45,718 nucleotides of DNA, from IMG/VR virus record IMGVR_UViG_3300006045_000004, positions 90,180-135,897 of that record. One strand, given 5' to 3'. The DNA comes from a virus. The number at the start of each line of letters is the position of its first letter. Position 1 is the stretch's first letter. The translations under genes were made by a program, and so were the position numbers. The notes beneath the pieces are model-generated. The model saw nothing but the letters and a program-made list of their open reading frames with translations, was not told the DNA's origin and searched no databases. Below are positions 1 to 7,765 of the stretch, piece by piece.

Positions 1-1
1 A

Positions 2-181
2 CCAAATGCAGAATATAAAGGTGCAATTAAATTCAATGTTATTAAATATATTTTAAGAGCAGAAGATAAACATGAAGACCCAATAGACCAAATGAAAGAT
101 ATAGAGAAGGCAATAGATTATTGTCAAGAATATAAAAGAGTATTATATAATGAGCATTTTACAGGTGATAAAAATGAATGA
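2..181 (+). CDS. 5'-truncated DUF3310-like (phage nucleotide kinase-like) protein
   Basis: Hand-translated, not in the ORF track: ...GAIKFNVIKYILRAEDK...KDIEKAIDYC resembles the NxIKYxxR...DLxKAxxY signature. Confidence 0.6.
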   Translation, partial: PNAEYKGAIKFNVIKYILRAEDKHEDPIDQMKDIEKAIDYCQEYKRVLYNEHFTGDKNE

Positions 182-362
182 TGCTGAAATAACTCGAATG
201 TTAAATGAAGAAGATAAAAGAATGAGAAAGCTTATTGAAGAGGAAGAAGAATATAATAAAAAATATTTGGAAACTATTCAAGAACTTGATAATGCAAAAC
301 TTATATCTGGTGTGAGTAATGAATATAAGAAACAACAAAATGTCAATCTCAAAAATTTTTAA
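174..362 (+). CDS. small coiled-coil hypothetical protein
   Basis: ORF 150..362; AGGTGA SD just upstream favours ATG at 174. Confidence 0.55.
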   Translation: MNDAEITRMLNEEDKRMRKLIEEEEEYNKKYLETIQELDNAKLISGVSNEYKKQQNVNLKNF

Positions 363-1623
363 ATGTAAACCAAAAGAATTAAAAGAGATAAAATTTAAAA
401 CACCAGAAGGAAATGAAGTTGATGGATATATAGCTTATACTTTTAATGAGTTTAAGGGTTCTATATATACTAAACTTGTTAACGGAGAGTTTAATGAGCA
501 AATTCTTAGAGGTTTTCCAAAACTTCATTCTTTTGGTGAATCTTCTCCTTTTTATAGGGGTGAAATTGATTTTAGAGAAAAAGAAGATGGTACAAACATT
601 GGTTTTACTGCATTAATGGATTCTGATAAAACTATTGTTTTAGAAACCTTTCCAAGAAATAGAAGAATTCTTACCGAGAAAAATAGAGAATCACCAGTAA
701 TCGACGACCAATTCTTAGACATGCTATCAACAATAAACACAAACAAATATCATAACTTCGTGCAAAAATATGGAGGTAGTATATTTTTTGAATTATTTGG
801 CTCTAACAACCCACATGAAATTAATTACTCTGATGTTACAGATTTAGATATTAGATTTTTATTTGGGTATGATAATAACGGTCATACATATAACAATAAA
901 ATATTAAATGACATAGAAAAATATGAAAAATTTAAAAGACCAAACAAATCTTTTGAATTAGAATATATTGATAAAGAAAAATTAATTTACCATCTCGAAC
1001 CAACAATGGATTTCATAGATAGGTATATTAGTTATATAGATGATAATCTTAATGATTTTTTACTATCCAATAAAGTAAACAATCCAAAAGAAATATATAA
1101 CAGTATTAAATATATTTATGATGAAATTAATAAAAATTCACTAACAAAAGATAATGGATATATTGGTGAAGGATGTGTATGGACAGGGTTTTCTAAAGAA
1201 GATAAGAATTTAACAATTCAAATTAAAAATAAACCAAGTGCAATTGAAGAACTACATAGTTTTCCACATGGTATTCCAAAAATAATGATAAGAAAATCAT
1301 TAAGAACTTTTACTGAAAATATAGGAAATAACTATTTATATTCAAGAGACAAAATGATACAATGGATAAATGCTGATTTAAAAGAAGATATATTAGATGA
1401 AAAAGTAGATATGCCAGAAACTCAAGAAAGAATAATAGAAATAGTTAAAGAATATTGCACAAAAAATACATTAAAACCAAATATATTAGCGATTGTAAAT
1501 ACTTTAATATCAAATAACCAGGAGATGACAATTGAAGAATTAATGAGGAAATTTGCAGAAATACATCCAGAGCATATTCAATATTCAAATAAAGTTTATC
1601 AGTATTTAAGTTCAATTCTTTGA
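319..1623 (+). CDS. ATP-dependent RNA ligase-like nucleotidyltransferase with C-terminal extension
   Basis: Motif I EKEDGTN, III FFELFG, IV GEGCV, V IKNK; GFPKL upstream as in Rnl1-type enzymes. Confidence 0.65.
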   Translation: MNIRNNKMSISKIFKCKPKELKEIKFKTPEGNEVDGYIAYTFNEFKGSIYTKLVNGEFNEQILRGFPKLHSFGESSPFYRGEIDFREKEDGTNIGFTALMDSDKTIVLETFPRNRRILTEKNRESPVIDDQFLDMLSTINTNKYHNFVQKYGGSIFFELFGSNNPHEINYSDVTDLDIRFLFGYDNNGHTYNNKILNDIEKYEKFKRPNKSFELEYIDKEKLIYHLEPTMDFIDRYISYIDDNLNDFLLSNKVNNPKEIYNSIKYIYDEINKNSLTKDNGYIGEGCVWTGFSKEDKNLTIQIKNKPSAIEELHSFPHGIPKIMIRKSLRTFTENIGNNYLYSRDKMIQWINADLKEDILDEKVDMPETQERIIEIVKEYCTKNTLKPNILAIVNTLISNNQEMTIEELMRKFAEIHPEHIQYSNKVYQYLSSIL

Positions 1624-1631
1624 AATTTTGT

Positions 1632-1652
1632 CGAAACCTTTATATAGTATGA
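1632..1652 (+). promoter_or_regulatory. archaeal BRE-TATA promoter
   Basis: CGAAACCTTTATATAGTATGA; motif recurs at 4682, 12724 and 30532. Confidence 0.75.
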
Positions 1653-1714
1653 GGTTAATATATATTATATAGACTTGTCGTGAGAAGTTTTATAATATAT
1701 GGAGATAAAAAATA

Positions 1715-2098
1715 ATGGTTAAAGTAGGAGAATATGAAGCGAAATCTTTTAAGATGAAAGATAGAATAGGTTCATTGGTTGTAACACTTATAGGTATTTT
1801 GATTGTATCATTACCTCAATTGTTAAATTTTGCACTTAATTACATAGAACCAGGTAGTACATATGCTATAATTATTAATATTGTAGGGATTATTGTAACT
1901 GCTGGTGGTGTGCAAGGATTGGGTGAAGTAAGAATACCTGCTGCTGAAAAATTAGCTGTGTTTAATTATGTAAGAGGGAATGAAGATAGATTACCTGATA
2001 CTATTCCAGAAGAAATTTGGAATATGAGCCCTAATGTGGACGAGACAGGAACAGTAGAGATTAGTGAGGATGAAGCTAATCCAGAGGAAACTGCATAG
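1715..2098 (+). CDS. two-TM membrane protein, possibly holin-like
   Basis: Two hydrophobic segments, acidic C-tail, GGAG SD; function is inference. Confidence 0.5.
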   Translation: MVKVGEYEAKSFKMKDRIGSLVVTLIGILIVSLPQLLNFALNYIEPGSTYAIIINIVGIIVTAGGVQGLGEVRIPAAEKLAVFNYVRGNEDRLPDTIPEEIWNMSPNVDETGTVEISEDEANPEETA

Positions 2099-2125
2099 TT
2101 TTTTTAAATTTATCATTTGTTAACC

Positions 2126-2170
2126 TGCCTCAGCTTTTTTAGACTCGTGTGAAGCTGGGGCATTTTTTTT
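2126..2170 (+). terminator. hairpin plus T-tract terminator
   Basis: TGCCTCAGCTT/AAGCTGGGGCA stem followed by T8. Confidence 0.6.
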
Positions 2171-2179
2171 CGAAAAATT

Positions 2180-2353
2180 ATGATACTTTATAGAATTAGA
2201 AAATGGATTAGGCAGAATATAGCCAAGAAATGTTTTGATTGTAAGCATTATGACACTTGTAATATGATTCATACAGAATGCTATAATTGGGAATTAAAGA
2301 TTAAGAAAAAGAAGAAACTTAAAGTTAATAAAAATATATATAAAAAAGGATAA
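2180..2353 (+). CDS. 57-aa Cys-rich basic protein
   Basis: Hand-translated MILYRIRKW...CFDCKHYDTC...C...KKG; below the ORF-track cutoff. Confidence 0.45.
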   Translation: MILYRIRKWIRQNIAKKCFDCKHYDTCNMIHTECYNWELKIKKKKKLKVNKNIYKKG

Positions 2354-2417
2354 TGGTCTAAGGGGAGGACATATGCCTGAAGAGCATAGTGTGGGAGTTC
2401 GAATCTCTCTTATCCTA
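2347..2417 (+). tRNA. tRNA-Phe(GAA)
   Basis: AGGATAA/TTATCCT acceptor, TATGC-CTGAAGA-GCATA, TTCGAAT T-loop. Confidence 0.9.
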
Positions 2418-2420
2418 TAA

Positions 2421-2493
2421 GGGGTCGTAGCTCTAACGGAAGAGCATTTGCTTTGCAAGCAAAGGGCTATGGGTTCGAATCCCATCGATTCCA
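2421..2493 (+). tRNA. tRNA-Ala(TGC)
   Basis: Cloverleaf with G3.U70; TTTGC-TTTGCAA-GCAAA. Confidence 0.93.
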
Positions 2494-2500
2494 TTTTATT

Positions 2501-2575
2501 AGGTCGTTAGCTCAGTCTGGACAGAGCATTGGACTTTTAATCCATGTGTCAGGGGTTCAAATCCCTTACGACCTG
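2501..2575 (+). tRNA. tRNA-Lys(TTT)
   Basis: AGGTCGT/ACGACCT acceptor, loop CTTTTAA. Confidence 0.93.
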
Positions 2576-2582
2576 TTCATAT

Positions 2583-2656
2583 TCCCCTATAGTGTAGTCT
2601 GGATATCACAGGAGACTTCTAATCTCTTTACCTTGGTTCAAATCCGAGTAGGGGAG
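2583..2656 (+). tRNA. tRNA-Arg(TCT)
   Basis: TCCCCTA/TAGGGGA acceptor, loop CTTCTAA. Confidence 0.92.
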
Positions 2657-2673
2657 CTTAATAAAAAAAGTAG

Positions 2674-3057
2674 GTGATTAAAATAAACTTATTAAAACAA
2701 TTAAAGAAAATAAAACTTCCAGTTGATGGATATAATGTATTTAGTGCTACTATTATTAATGGTGAAGACTATGAAATACAAATAGAATTCCCAGAAATAA
2801 CAGAAATTTTATATAAATTATCAGAAGATATATCAGATGAAGAAAGAGAAAAACTTTGGGAAGAATCTAATAAGATTTCTGAAGAACGAGCATTAGAATT
2901 TGCTAAAGCAATTGGTGCTGAGGATGAATATTGTTGGTGCGAGCATGATTATCAAGGTTTACTTGATATCCGTTTTGGTAAGTGTGAGTTTAATTGTTGT
3001 GGTGATGAAGATATTGTTGATATTGATTTAGATGAAGAAGATTTATTATTTGATTGA
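2674..3057 (+). CDS. acidic hypothetical protein
   Basis: 127-aa ORF between tRNAs; the listed GTG start lies inside the SD, so the true start is uncertain. Confidence 0.6.
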   Translation: MIKINLLKQLKKIKLPVDGYNVFSATIINGEDYEIQIEFPEITEILYKLSEDISDEEREKLWEESNKISEERALEFAKAIGAEDEYCWCEHDYQGLLDIRFGKCEFNCCGDEDIVDIDLDEEDLLFD

Positions 3058-3065
3058 TTGGTATA

Positions 3066-3083
3066 AAGGGGCATAAGCCCCTT
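3066..3083 (+). terminator. GC-rich hairpin (terminator or processing signal)
   Basis: AAGGGGC-ATAA-GCCCCTT between ORF end and tRNA-Gly. Confidence 0.4.
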
Positions 3084-3088
3084 GTATT

Positions 3089-3178
3089 GCGAGGTTGGTG
3101 TAATAGCAGCATAACTCCCTTCCATGAGTTATTACTCGGAGACAGGAGACGATAGGGGTGCAATTCCCCTACTTCGCA
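3089..3178 (+). tRNA. tRNA-Gly(TCC) with 19-nt BHB intron (3125-3143)
   Basis: GCGAGGT/ACTTCGC acceptor; central helix CTTC/GGAG, bulges CA|T and AC|A. Confidence 0.88.
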
Positions 3179-3187
3179 TTTATATTA

Positions 3188-3261
3188 TGGCATTTAATTC
3201 AGCTTGGTAGAATACCTCGTTTACACCGAGGAAGTCGCAGGTTCAAATCCTGCAATGCCAA
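3188..3261 (+). tRNA. tRNA-Val(TAC)
   Basis: TGGCATT/AATGCCA acceptor, CCTCG-TTTACAC-CGAGG. Confidence 0.92.
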
Positions 3262-3366
3262 TTGACCGTTGTTTCGTTTAATTTCTTACGGTCAAATTTT
3301 TCAGAGGTTTTTGTTTGTGGGTTTTCATCTATTCTTTTCCCACAACAAAAAATAATGTTGATTATT

Positions 3367-3834
3367 ATGATAAAAACTAAATATGGAAATGCAAAAATAA
3401 ATGATGATGGATATTATGTAATAACATCAAGAAAAGAAGGTTTTCATAATAAAAAATTATCTCGTTTGGTTTGGGAAGATTATTGGGGTTGTGAAATTCC
3501 AATTGGTTATATTATTCATCATATTGATGGTTGTAAAACTAATAACGATATAACTAATTTAGTATGTTTATCTGATTATAGGCACAAACAACTACATCAG
3601 GTTGGAAGATTACATACCGAGAAAACTAAAAAATTAATTTCTAAAAATTCAAGAGTTGAAAATAAAGGTTTGTTTGGTTCGACTGGTGCTACTTTAAGTA
3701 ATGGTATTATAGCTGAAAACAAACCGTGGATGTGCAGAATAAGGTATAATAAATATACTACTCATATTGGGTATTATAGTGATTTTGTAACATGTGAGGT
3801 AATATATAAGTTAGTATTAAAAGAAATATTTTGA
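3367..3834 (+). CDS. HNH homing endonuclease with C-terminal AP2-like DNA-binding domain
   Basis: IHHIDGCKTNNDITNL...H HNH motif; start probably ATG 3367 or 3355, since the upstream part of the tracked ORF is hairpin sequence. Confidence 0.8.
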   Translation: MIKTKYGNAKINDDGYYVITSRKEGFHNKKLSRLVWEDYWGCEIPIGYIIHHIDGCKTNNDITNLVCLSDYRHKQLHQVGRLHTEKTKKLISKNSRVENKGLFGSTGATLSNGIIAENKPWMCRIRYNKYTTHIGYYSDFVTCEVIYKLVLKEIF

Positions 3835-3905
3835 GAGGAATTGGTCTAAAAGTATGATATGATGTTTGGAACATTGTGAAGAAGGGGCAGTACCTTCATT
3901 CCTCA
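3835..3905 (+). tRNA. tRNA-Pro(TGG), atypical T-loop
   Basis: GAGGAAT/ATTCCTC acceptor, TGATG-TTTGGAA-CATTG, T-arm GAAGG-GGCAGTA-CCTTC. Confidence 0.8.
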
Positions 3906-3914
3906 TTTAAATAG

Positions 3915-4217
3915 GTGATAATAATGACAGAATTTCCATTTACTAAAGAAGAAATGAAAAAATTTGATGATATATTTAAAAAGAAAAAACAATTTCATGA
4001 TGATTGTATAGAAGCACAAAAAATTGCTATCTTTATAAAAAATTATGCTGATAATCTTAATATGAATTATGCAGTTAGATGTAATCATGGTGAAGATTTA
4101 GGTGAGTGGATAGATTATCTTTATGCTGATAAACAATTTGTTGAAGCTAAAAACTCTTACAATGCTTTGAAAAGAATGTATTATGAAAAGCAAGGTTGGG
4201 AATATTATGATGATTAA
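3915..4217 (+). CDS. hypothetical protein
   Basis: 100-aa ORF with AGGTGA SD; likely ATG start at 3924. Confidence 0.6.
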   Translation: MIIMTEFPFTKEEMKKFDDIFKKKKQFHDDCIEAQKIAIFIKNYADNLNMNYAVRCNHGEDLGEWIDYLYADKQFVEAKNSYNALKRMYYEKQGWEYYDD

Positions 4218-4479
4218 ATGGAAAATTTTAATAATTTTTCTAATAATTATTAGTTTTATATTAGTTGGATTAAATACTATAAGTGGAGTTGATGAAGATT
4301 ATAATCAACCTTCTTTTATTGAGCCAACAGAAGAAATTGAAGAGAATGAATATTCTATTTGTAATAAAGAATATACTGGTGTAAAACCAGTACCTTGGCA
4401 CAATATCCGTTCGGAAAAGTGTGTTGTTGTTAATGGTGAGAGTAGTAATAGGACAATTTGTATGAAAGATACTTTGTAG
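4183..4479 (+). CDS. small membrane-anchored/secreted protein
   Basis: N-terminal hydrophobic stretch ILIIFLIIISFILVGL. Confidence 0.55.
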   Translation: MKSKVGNIMMIKWKILIIFLIIISFILVGLNTISGVDEDYNQPSFIEPTEEIEENEYSICNKEYTGVKPVPWHNIRSEKCVVVNGESSNRTICMKDTL

Positions 4480-4579
4480 GGCAATTGGTGTAATAGAAAC
4501 ATTAGGGATTCCAGACAAGTGGGGTATATATCTGCTTGGGAAAAACCCCTGGCTGTCTGTGCGACTCAGGCATTGCCCA
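4479..4579 (+). tRNA. tRNA-Trp(CCA) with 30-nt BHB intron (4515-4544)
   Basis: GGGCAAT/ATTGCCC acceptor; helix TTCC/GGAA, bulges AG|A and AA|A; T-loop TGCGACT. Confidence 0.85.
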
Positions 4580-4586
4580 TTAAATA

Positions 4587-4658
4587 GCTCCGTTGGTGTA
4601 TTTGGAAACATCATGGTCTTTCGAACCGTGGCGACGGGTTCAAACCCCGTGCGGAGCA
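4587..4658 (+). tRNA. tRNA-Glu(TTC)
   Basis: GCTCCGT/GCGGAGC acceptor, loop CTTTCGA. Confidence 0.92.
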
Positions 4659-4681
4659 TTTTTTATTTTTTGTAATTTTAT

Positions 4682-4701
4682 GAAACATTTAAATACTATG
4701 A
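4682..4701 (+). promoter_or_regulatory. BRE-TATA promoter
   Basis: GAAACATTTAAATACTATGA. Confidence 0.7.
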
Positions 4702-4781
4702 ATGACATAATATTATATGTAGCATTTAATTTTTTTTGCTATATGAGAGATTTTTAATAATTAATTAATAGGAGGTAAACC

Positions 4782-5825
4782 ATGAAAAATTATATATTAT
4801 TAATAACAATAACAATTTTATTATTATTTTCAATATCTACTGTTGTAGCAACAGATAATATTGGTGTTTTGGAAAACGGAACTAATGTTACACTAAACGA
4901 AACACATAATGTTAGTGATGTTATAAATATAGATGGGGATGATTATTATGTTGAGAGTATAATAAAAGAACCGTCAGAAATTATTGGATATGAGGATGGT
5001 TCTAAGATAGTTACTAAACCAGCTTATAACGAAAGTAAAGTTGAAGATTATTTAGTACAAAGTGGAACAGGTACTCAACCTTGGGGTAATTTTTTACCAC
5101 CAAATGGAAAAAATACAACTTACACATATAATGTATTTAGTTCAGCTACATATGGAAAATATGGAATGGGATATATAGATATTTATTTTAGTGGAAGTTT
5201 TCAAGGTGGAGGATTTTATGGTAGAATTGCAGATAGGTTTTATTTCCAATATTATTTAGATGAAAATGGTAATGTAAAATATATACCAATGAATAATATA
5301 TCAGTCTTTAACTTAAAAACTCATGTACAAACACTTTATAATGTAAAATTGGTTAATGATATACTTATTAGTCTTACAGAAGATGGTATATTAACTGTCA
5401 CTTTTGATATGACTGGAGCTAATGTTGCTCCTACTGGCTCTAATCCTGGACGATTTTATATACAAGGATATTTTTTAAACTTAGCTCAAAGAACTGTAAT
5501 TATTGAACATGATGAAGAGTTTTATTATGAGCAGATTCCTATATATTCAGAGGAAAAGATAATTTACATATTAAAAAAAGTACAAGTTAAAACAATAAAT
5601 GAAACTAATGAAGATAATGAGACTAATAAAGGTCAAGTTTTAAATTATAAAAAACCTATGAAAAGTTCTAATAAAGTTACATTAACAGAGGGATTAAAAC
5701 CACCAGTTAAAAATTCAAAAAACAATAAAATTAATATCGTTAAAGCAAATATGAAACAAACTGGATTACCAATTAGTATTTTTATATTATTATTGTTAAT
5801 AATTCCATTAAGAAGATTTAAATAA
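4782..5825 (+). CDS. cell-surface adhesin-like protein with signal peptide and C-terminal MxxTGxP-TM-basic anchor
   Basis: Signal peptide ending VVATD; C-term MKQTGLP + hydrophobic helix + RRFK; GGAGGT SD. Confidence 0.75.
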   Translation: MKNYILLITITILLLFSISTVVATDNIGVLENGTNVTLNETHNVSDVINIDGDDYYVESIIKEPSEIIGYEDGSKIVTKPAYNESKVEDYLVQSGTGTQPWGNFLPPNGKNTTYTYNVFSSATYGKYGMGYIDIYFSGSFQGGGFYGRIADRFYFQYYLDENGNVKYIPMNNISVFNLKTHVQTLYNVKLVNDILISLTEDGILTVTFDMTGANVAPTGSNPGRFYIQGYFLNLAQRTVIIEHDEEFYYEQIPIYSEEKIIYILKKVQVKTINETNEDNETNKGQVLNYKKPMKSSNKVTLTEGLKPPVKNSKNNKINIVKANMKQTGLPISIFILLLLIIPLRRFK

Positions 5826-5856
5826 TCTTCTTTTTTATTTTTTTTTGAAAATCAAT

Positions 5857-5878
5857 GCAAACATTTATATATAATGAA
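5857..5878 (+). promoter_or_regulatory. BRE-TATA promoter of tRNA cluster
   Basis: GCAAACATTTATATATAATGAA about 25 nt upstream of tRNA-iMet. Confidence 0.7.
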
Positions 5879-5896
5879 GATATAATATAATAACAT

Positions 5897-6079
5897 ACTG
5901 GGGTAGAATAGTCTGGTCTATTTCGGTGGGCTCATAAATGAGATATAAAAAAGTTTGAGTTAATGTTTGACAAAATATTTTATAAATAAAGTAAAATAAT
6001 AATTTATTGATAAGTTTTTAGTTACTACATATCTCATTGAGATACCCACAGAGCAATGGTTCAAATCCATTCCTCAGTA
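5897..6079 (+). tRNA. initiator tRNA-Met(CAT) with 107-nt BHB intron (5937-6043)
   Basis: A1-U72, GGG/CCC anticodon stem, purine11-pyrimidine24; helix CTCA/TGAG, bulges TA|A and AT|A, intron stem ATGAGATAT/ATATCTCAT. Confidence 0.87.
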
Positions 6080-6174
6080 TTTTTACCATACAGATAATTA
6101 TTTGGGTAAATAAGTGGTTTATGGGATTGATTATCCTTGGGTTTCCATACCAATCAATAATCCTAAAATCAAAT

Positions 6175-6247
6175 GCTACGGTAGTTCTAACGGCAGAACA
6201 GGGCTCTTGTAAAGCCACGGTTGGGGGTTCAAATCCCTCCTGTAGCT
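6175..6247 (+). tRNA. tRNA-Thr(TGT)
   Basis: GCTACGG/CTGTAGC acceptor, loop CTTGTAA. Confidence 0.9.
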
Positions 6248-6260
6248 TTCATTATGGTAG

Positions 6261-6452
6261 GTGATATTTTTGAGTGATGTTAAGAAAAAAAATAGTTGTT
6301 ATAGAGATGATGTTACTTGTGAGAAAGTGATGGAGTTGGAAAGACAAGGTTTTTCTATTAAAGAAAGTGCTGAAGAGCTTGGTTGTTGTAAGTCCACGAT
6401 TACAAGTAGAAGAAAAGATTTTTATAATAAAAGATTATTAGAAGAGAATTAG
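6261..6452 (+). CDS. small helix-turn-helix DNA-binding protein
   Basis: GFSIKESAEELGCCKSTITSR HTH pattern. Confidence 0.65.
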   Translation: MIFLSDVKKKNSCYRDDVTCEKVMELERQGFSIKESAEELGCCKSTITSRRKDFYNKRLLEEN

Positions 6453-6454
6453 TT

Positions 6455-6541
6455 GGCAAGATGGGAGAGTGGTTTATTCCGTAGGTTTGCTATGCCTATG
6501 TTATCGAGAGGTAACCGCAGGTTCGAATCCTGCTCTTGTCG
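6455..6541 (+). tRNA. tRNA-Ser(GCT)
   Basis: Long variable arm, G73, loop TTGCTAT. Confidence 0.9.
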
Positions 6542-6545
6542 TTTT

Positions 6546-6617
6546 GACCCATTGGTGTAGTGGTTATCATATTTGGTTGTCAGTCAAATGAAAGGGGTTC
6601 AATTCCCCTATGGGTCG
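6546..6617 (+). tRNA. tRNA-Asp(GTC)
   Basis: GACCCAT/ATGGGTC acceptor, G73, loop TTGTCAG. Confidence 0.9.
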
Positions 6618-6620
6618 TTT

Positions 6621-6741
6621 GGCGGTGTGCCAGAGTTTGGTTTATTGGTTCGGTCTTGAATTAATGATATGCTCATTCATATCATAACAAGATAACCGAT
6701 GGTATTAGTAGTACACAGAGGTTCAAATCCTCTCACCGTCG
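6621..6741 (+). tRNA. tRNA-Ser(TGA) with 33-nt BHB intron (6661-6693)
   Basis: Helix CTTG/CAAG, bulges AA|T and AT|A, long variable arm, G73. Confidence 0.87.
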
Positions 6742-6753
6742 TTTTTTCATTAA

Positions 6754-6838
6754 TGGAGGATGCCTGAGTGGTTAAAAGGGCAGGGCTTAAGACCCTGTGT
6801 TCGTAGGAGCTTCGTGGGTTCGAATCCCATTCCTCCAA
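6754..6838 (+). tRNA. tRNA-Leu(TAA)
   Basis: CAGGG-CTTAAGA-CCCTG, long variable arm. Confidence 0.92.
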
Positions 6839-6864
6839 TTCATATAAAATATAGAGGTGAATTT

Positions 6865-7074
6865 ATGAGATATAATGTAAGTAAAAGTATAGTTAAAAAA
6901 ATAGGTAAAGAAGGTGGAATCAACAGAGTATCACCTAAAGCTATTGATTTAGTACAGGAAGAAGCGACTAAATATGTTTTGAAGCTTTTAGCATGGGGTC
7001 AGACTTATGCTGGACATGCTGGTCGCAGGACTGTTAGAAAAGAAGATATTATTATGGCTCTTGAAGACCATTAA
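6865..7074 (+). CDS. archaeal histone (HMf/HMt family), 69 aa
   Basis: RVSPKA...HAGRRTVRKEDI histone-fold signature; GAGGTGA SD 4 nt before ATG 6865. Confidence 0.9.
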   Translation: MRYNVSKSIVKKIGKEGGINRVSPKAIDLVQEEATKYVLKLLAWGQTYAGHAGRRTVRKEDIIMALEDH

Positions 7075-7090
7075 TATTTTTTTATTTTTT

Positions 7091-7172
7091 TGGGGATTGC
7101 TCGATTGGAGAAGAGGGGAGGTTTAGAACCTTCTGTGGTAGCACTTAGGGAGTTCGATTCTCTCATCCCCAA
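7091..7172 (+). tRNA. tRNA-Leu(TAG)
   Basis: TGGGGAT/ATCCCCA acceptor, GGAGG-TTTAGAA-CCTTC, long variable arm. Confidence 0.85.
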
Positions 7173-7194
7173 TTCATTATAGAGGTGATAATTT

Positions 7195-7515
7195 ATGTCA
7201 GAAGAATATAGCGTAGAGGAAATTGGTGAAGATTTTAATAAAATAACTAATATTCTTAACAAACATAATAAGATAATAGCATATAGAGAACATGAAAGTA
7301 GGTTATTAGGTAATGGAGAATTAATGGATAATGCAGAAGACAATGAGGTTACAAGACCTTATTCGATTTATAAAAGTAATGAGTTATCAGCTAATTATTT
7401 GTTAAAGTATATGGAAAAGGTTGTTCAACCTGCTTTACAAGAGTATGTTAGTGAGTATATTAATCATTTTTCTAAGGAAGCTAATAGAGATGCTGAAAAA
7501 GATTTGTTCAGATGA
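7195..7515 (+). CDS. hypothetical protein
   Basis: GAGGTGA SD, 106-aa ORF. Confidence 0.65.
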   Translation: MSEEYSVEEIGEDFNKITNILNKHNKIIAYREHESRLLGNGELMDNAEDNEVTRPYSIYKSNELSANYLLKYMEKVVQPALQEYVSEYINHFSKEANRDAEKDLFR

Positions 7516-7585
7516 GTAGTATGGTGTAGTGGTAGCACTCCAGGTTGTGGTCCTGATAGCTCGGATTCGATTTCCGATATTACTC
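7514..7585 (+). tRNA. tRNA-His(GTG) with encoded G-1
   Basis: G-1:C73 pair, loop TTGTGGT. Confidence 0.9.
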
Positions 7586-7592
7586 TTTTATT

Positions 7593-7666
7593 GGGAGTGT
7601 AGCTCAGTAGGTAGTAGCGTGGGGCTGTTAACCTCAAGGTCGAGGGTTCGAATCCTTCCACTTCCG
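7593..7666 (+). tRNA. tRNA-Asn(GTT)
   Basis: Cloverleaf, loop CTGTTAA, G73. Confidence 0.92.
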
Positions 7667-7670
7667 TTTG

Positions 7671-7745
7671 TGGAGCATAGCTCAGTTTTGGTAGAGTACC
7701 AGTCTGATATACTGGCGGTCGTGGGTTCGATTCCCTCTGCTCCAA
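7671..7745 (+). tRNA. tRNA-Ile(GAT)
   Basis: TGGAGCA/TGCTCCA acceptor, CCAGT-CTGATAT-ACTGG. Confidence 0.92.
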
Positions 7746-7765
7746 TTTTTTACAGGTGATAAATT

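Noticed and set aside
2294-2677. Tracked ORFs 2294..2494 and 2453..2677 (likewise 4270..4659, 6018..6264, 7071..7343, 7464..7759)
   Set aside because: They overlap tRNA genes and are shadow translations.
6080-6174. Possible TIGR-like array (minus-strand TGGAAACCCA and spaced CCCA motifs)
   Set aside because: Irregular spacing, no CCA-N9-TG periodicity and too few units; may be a simple structured spacer.
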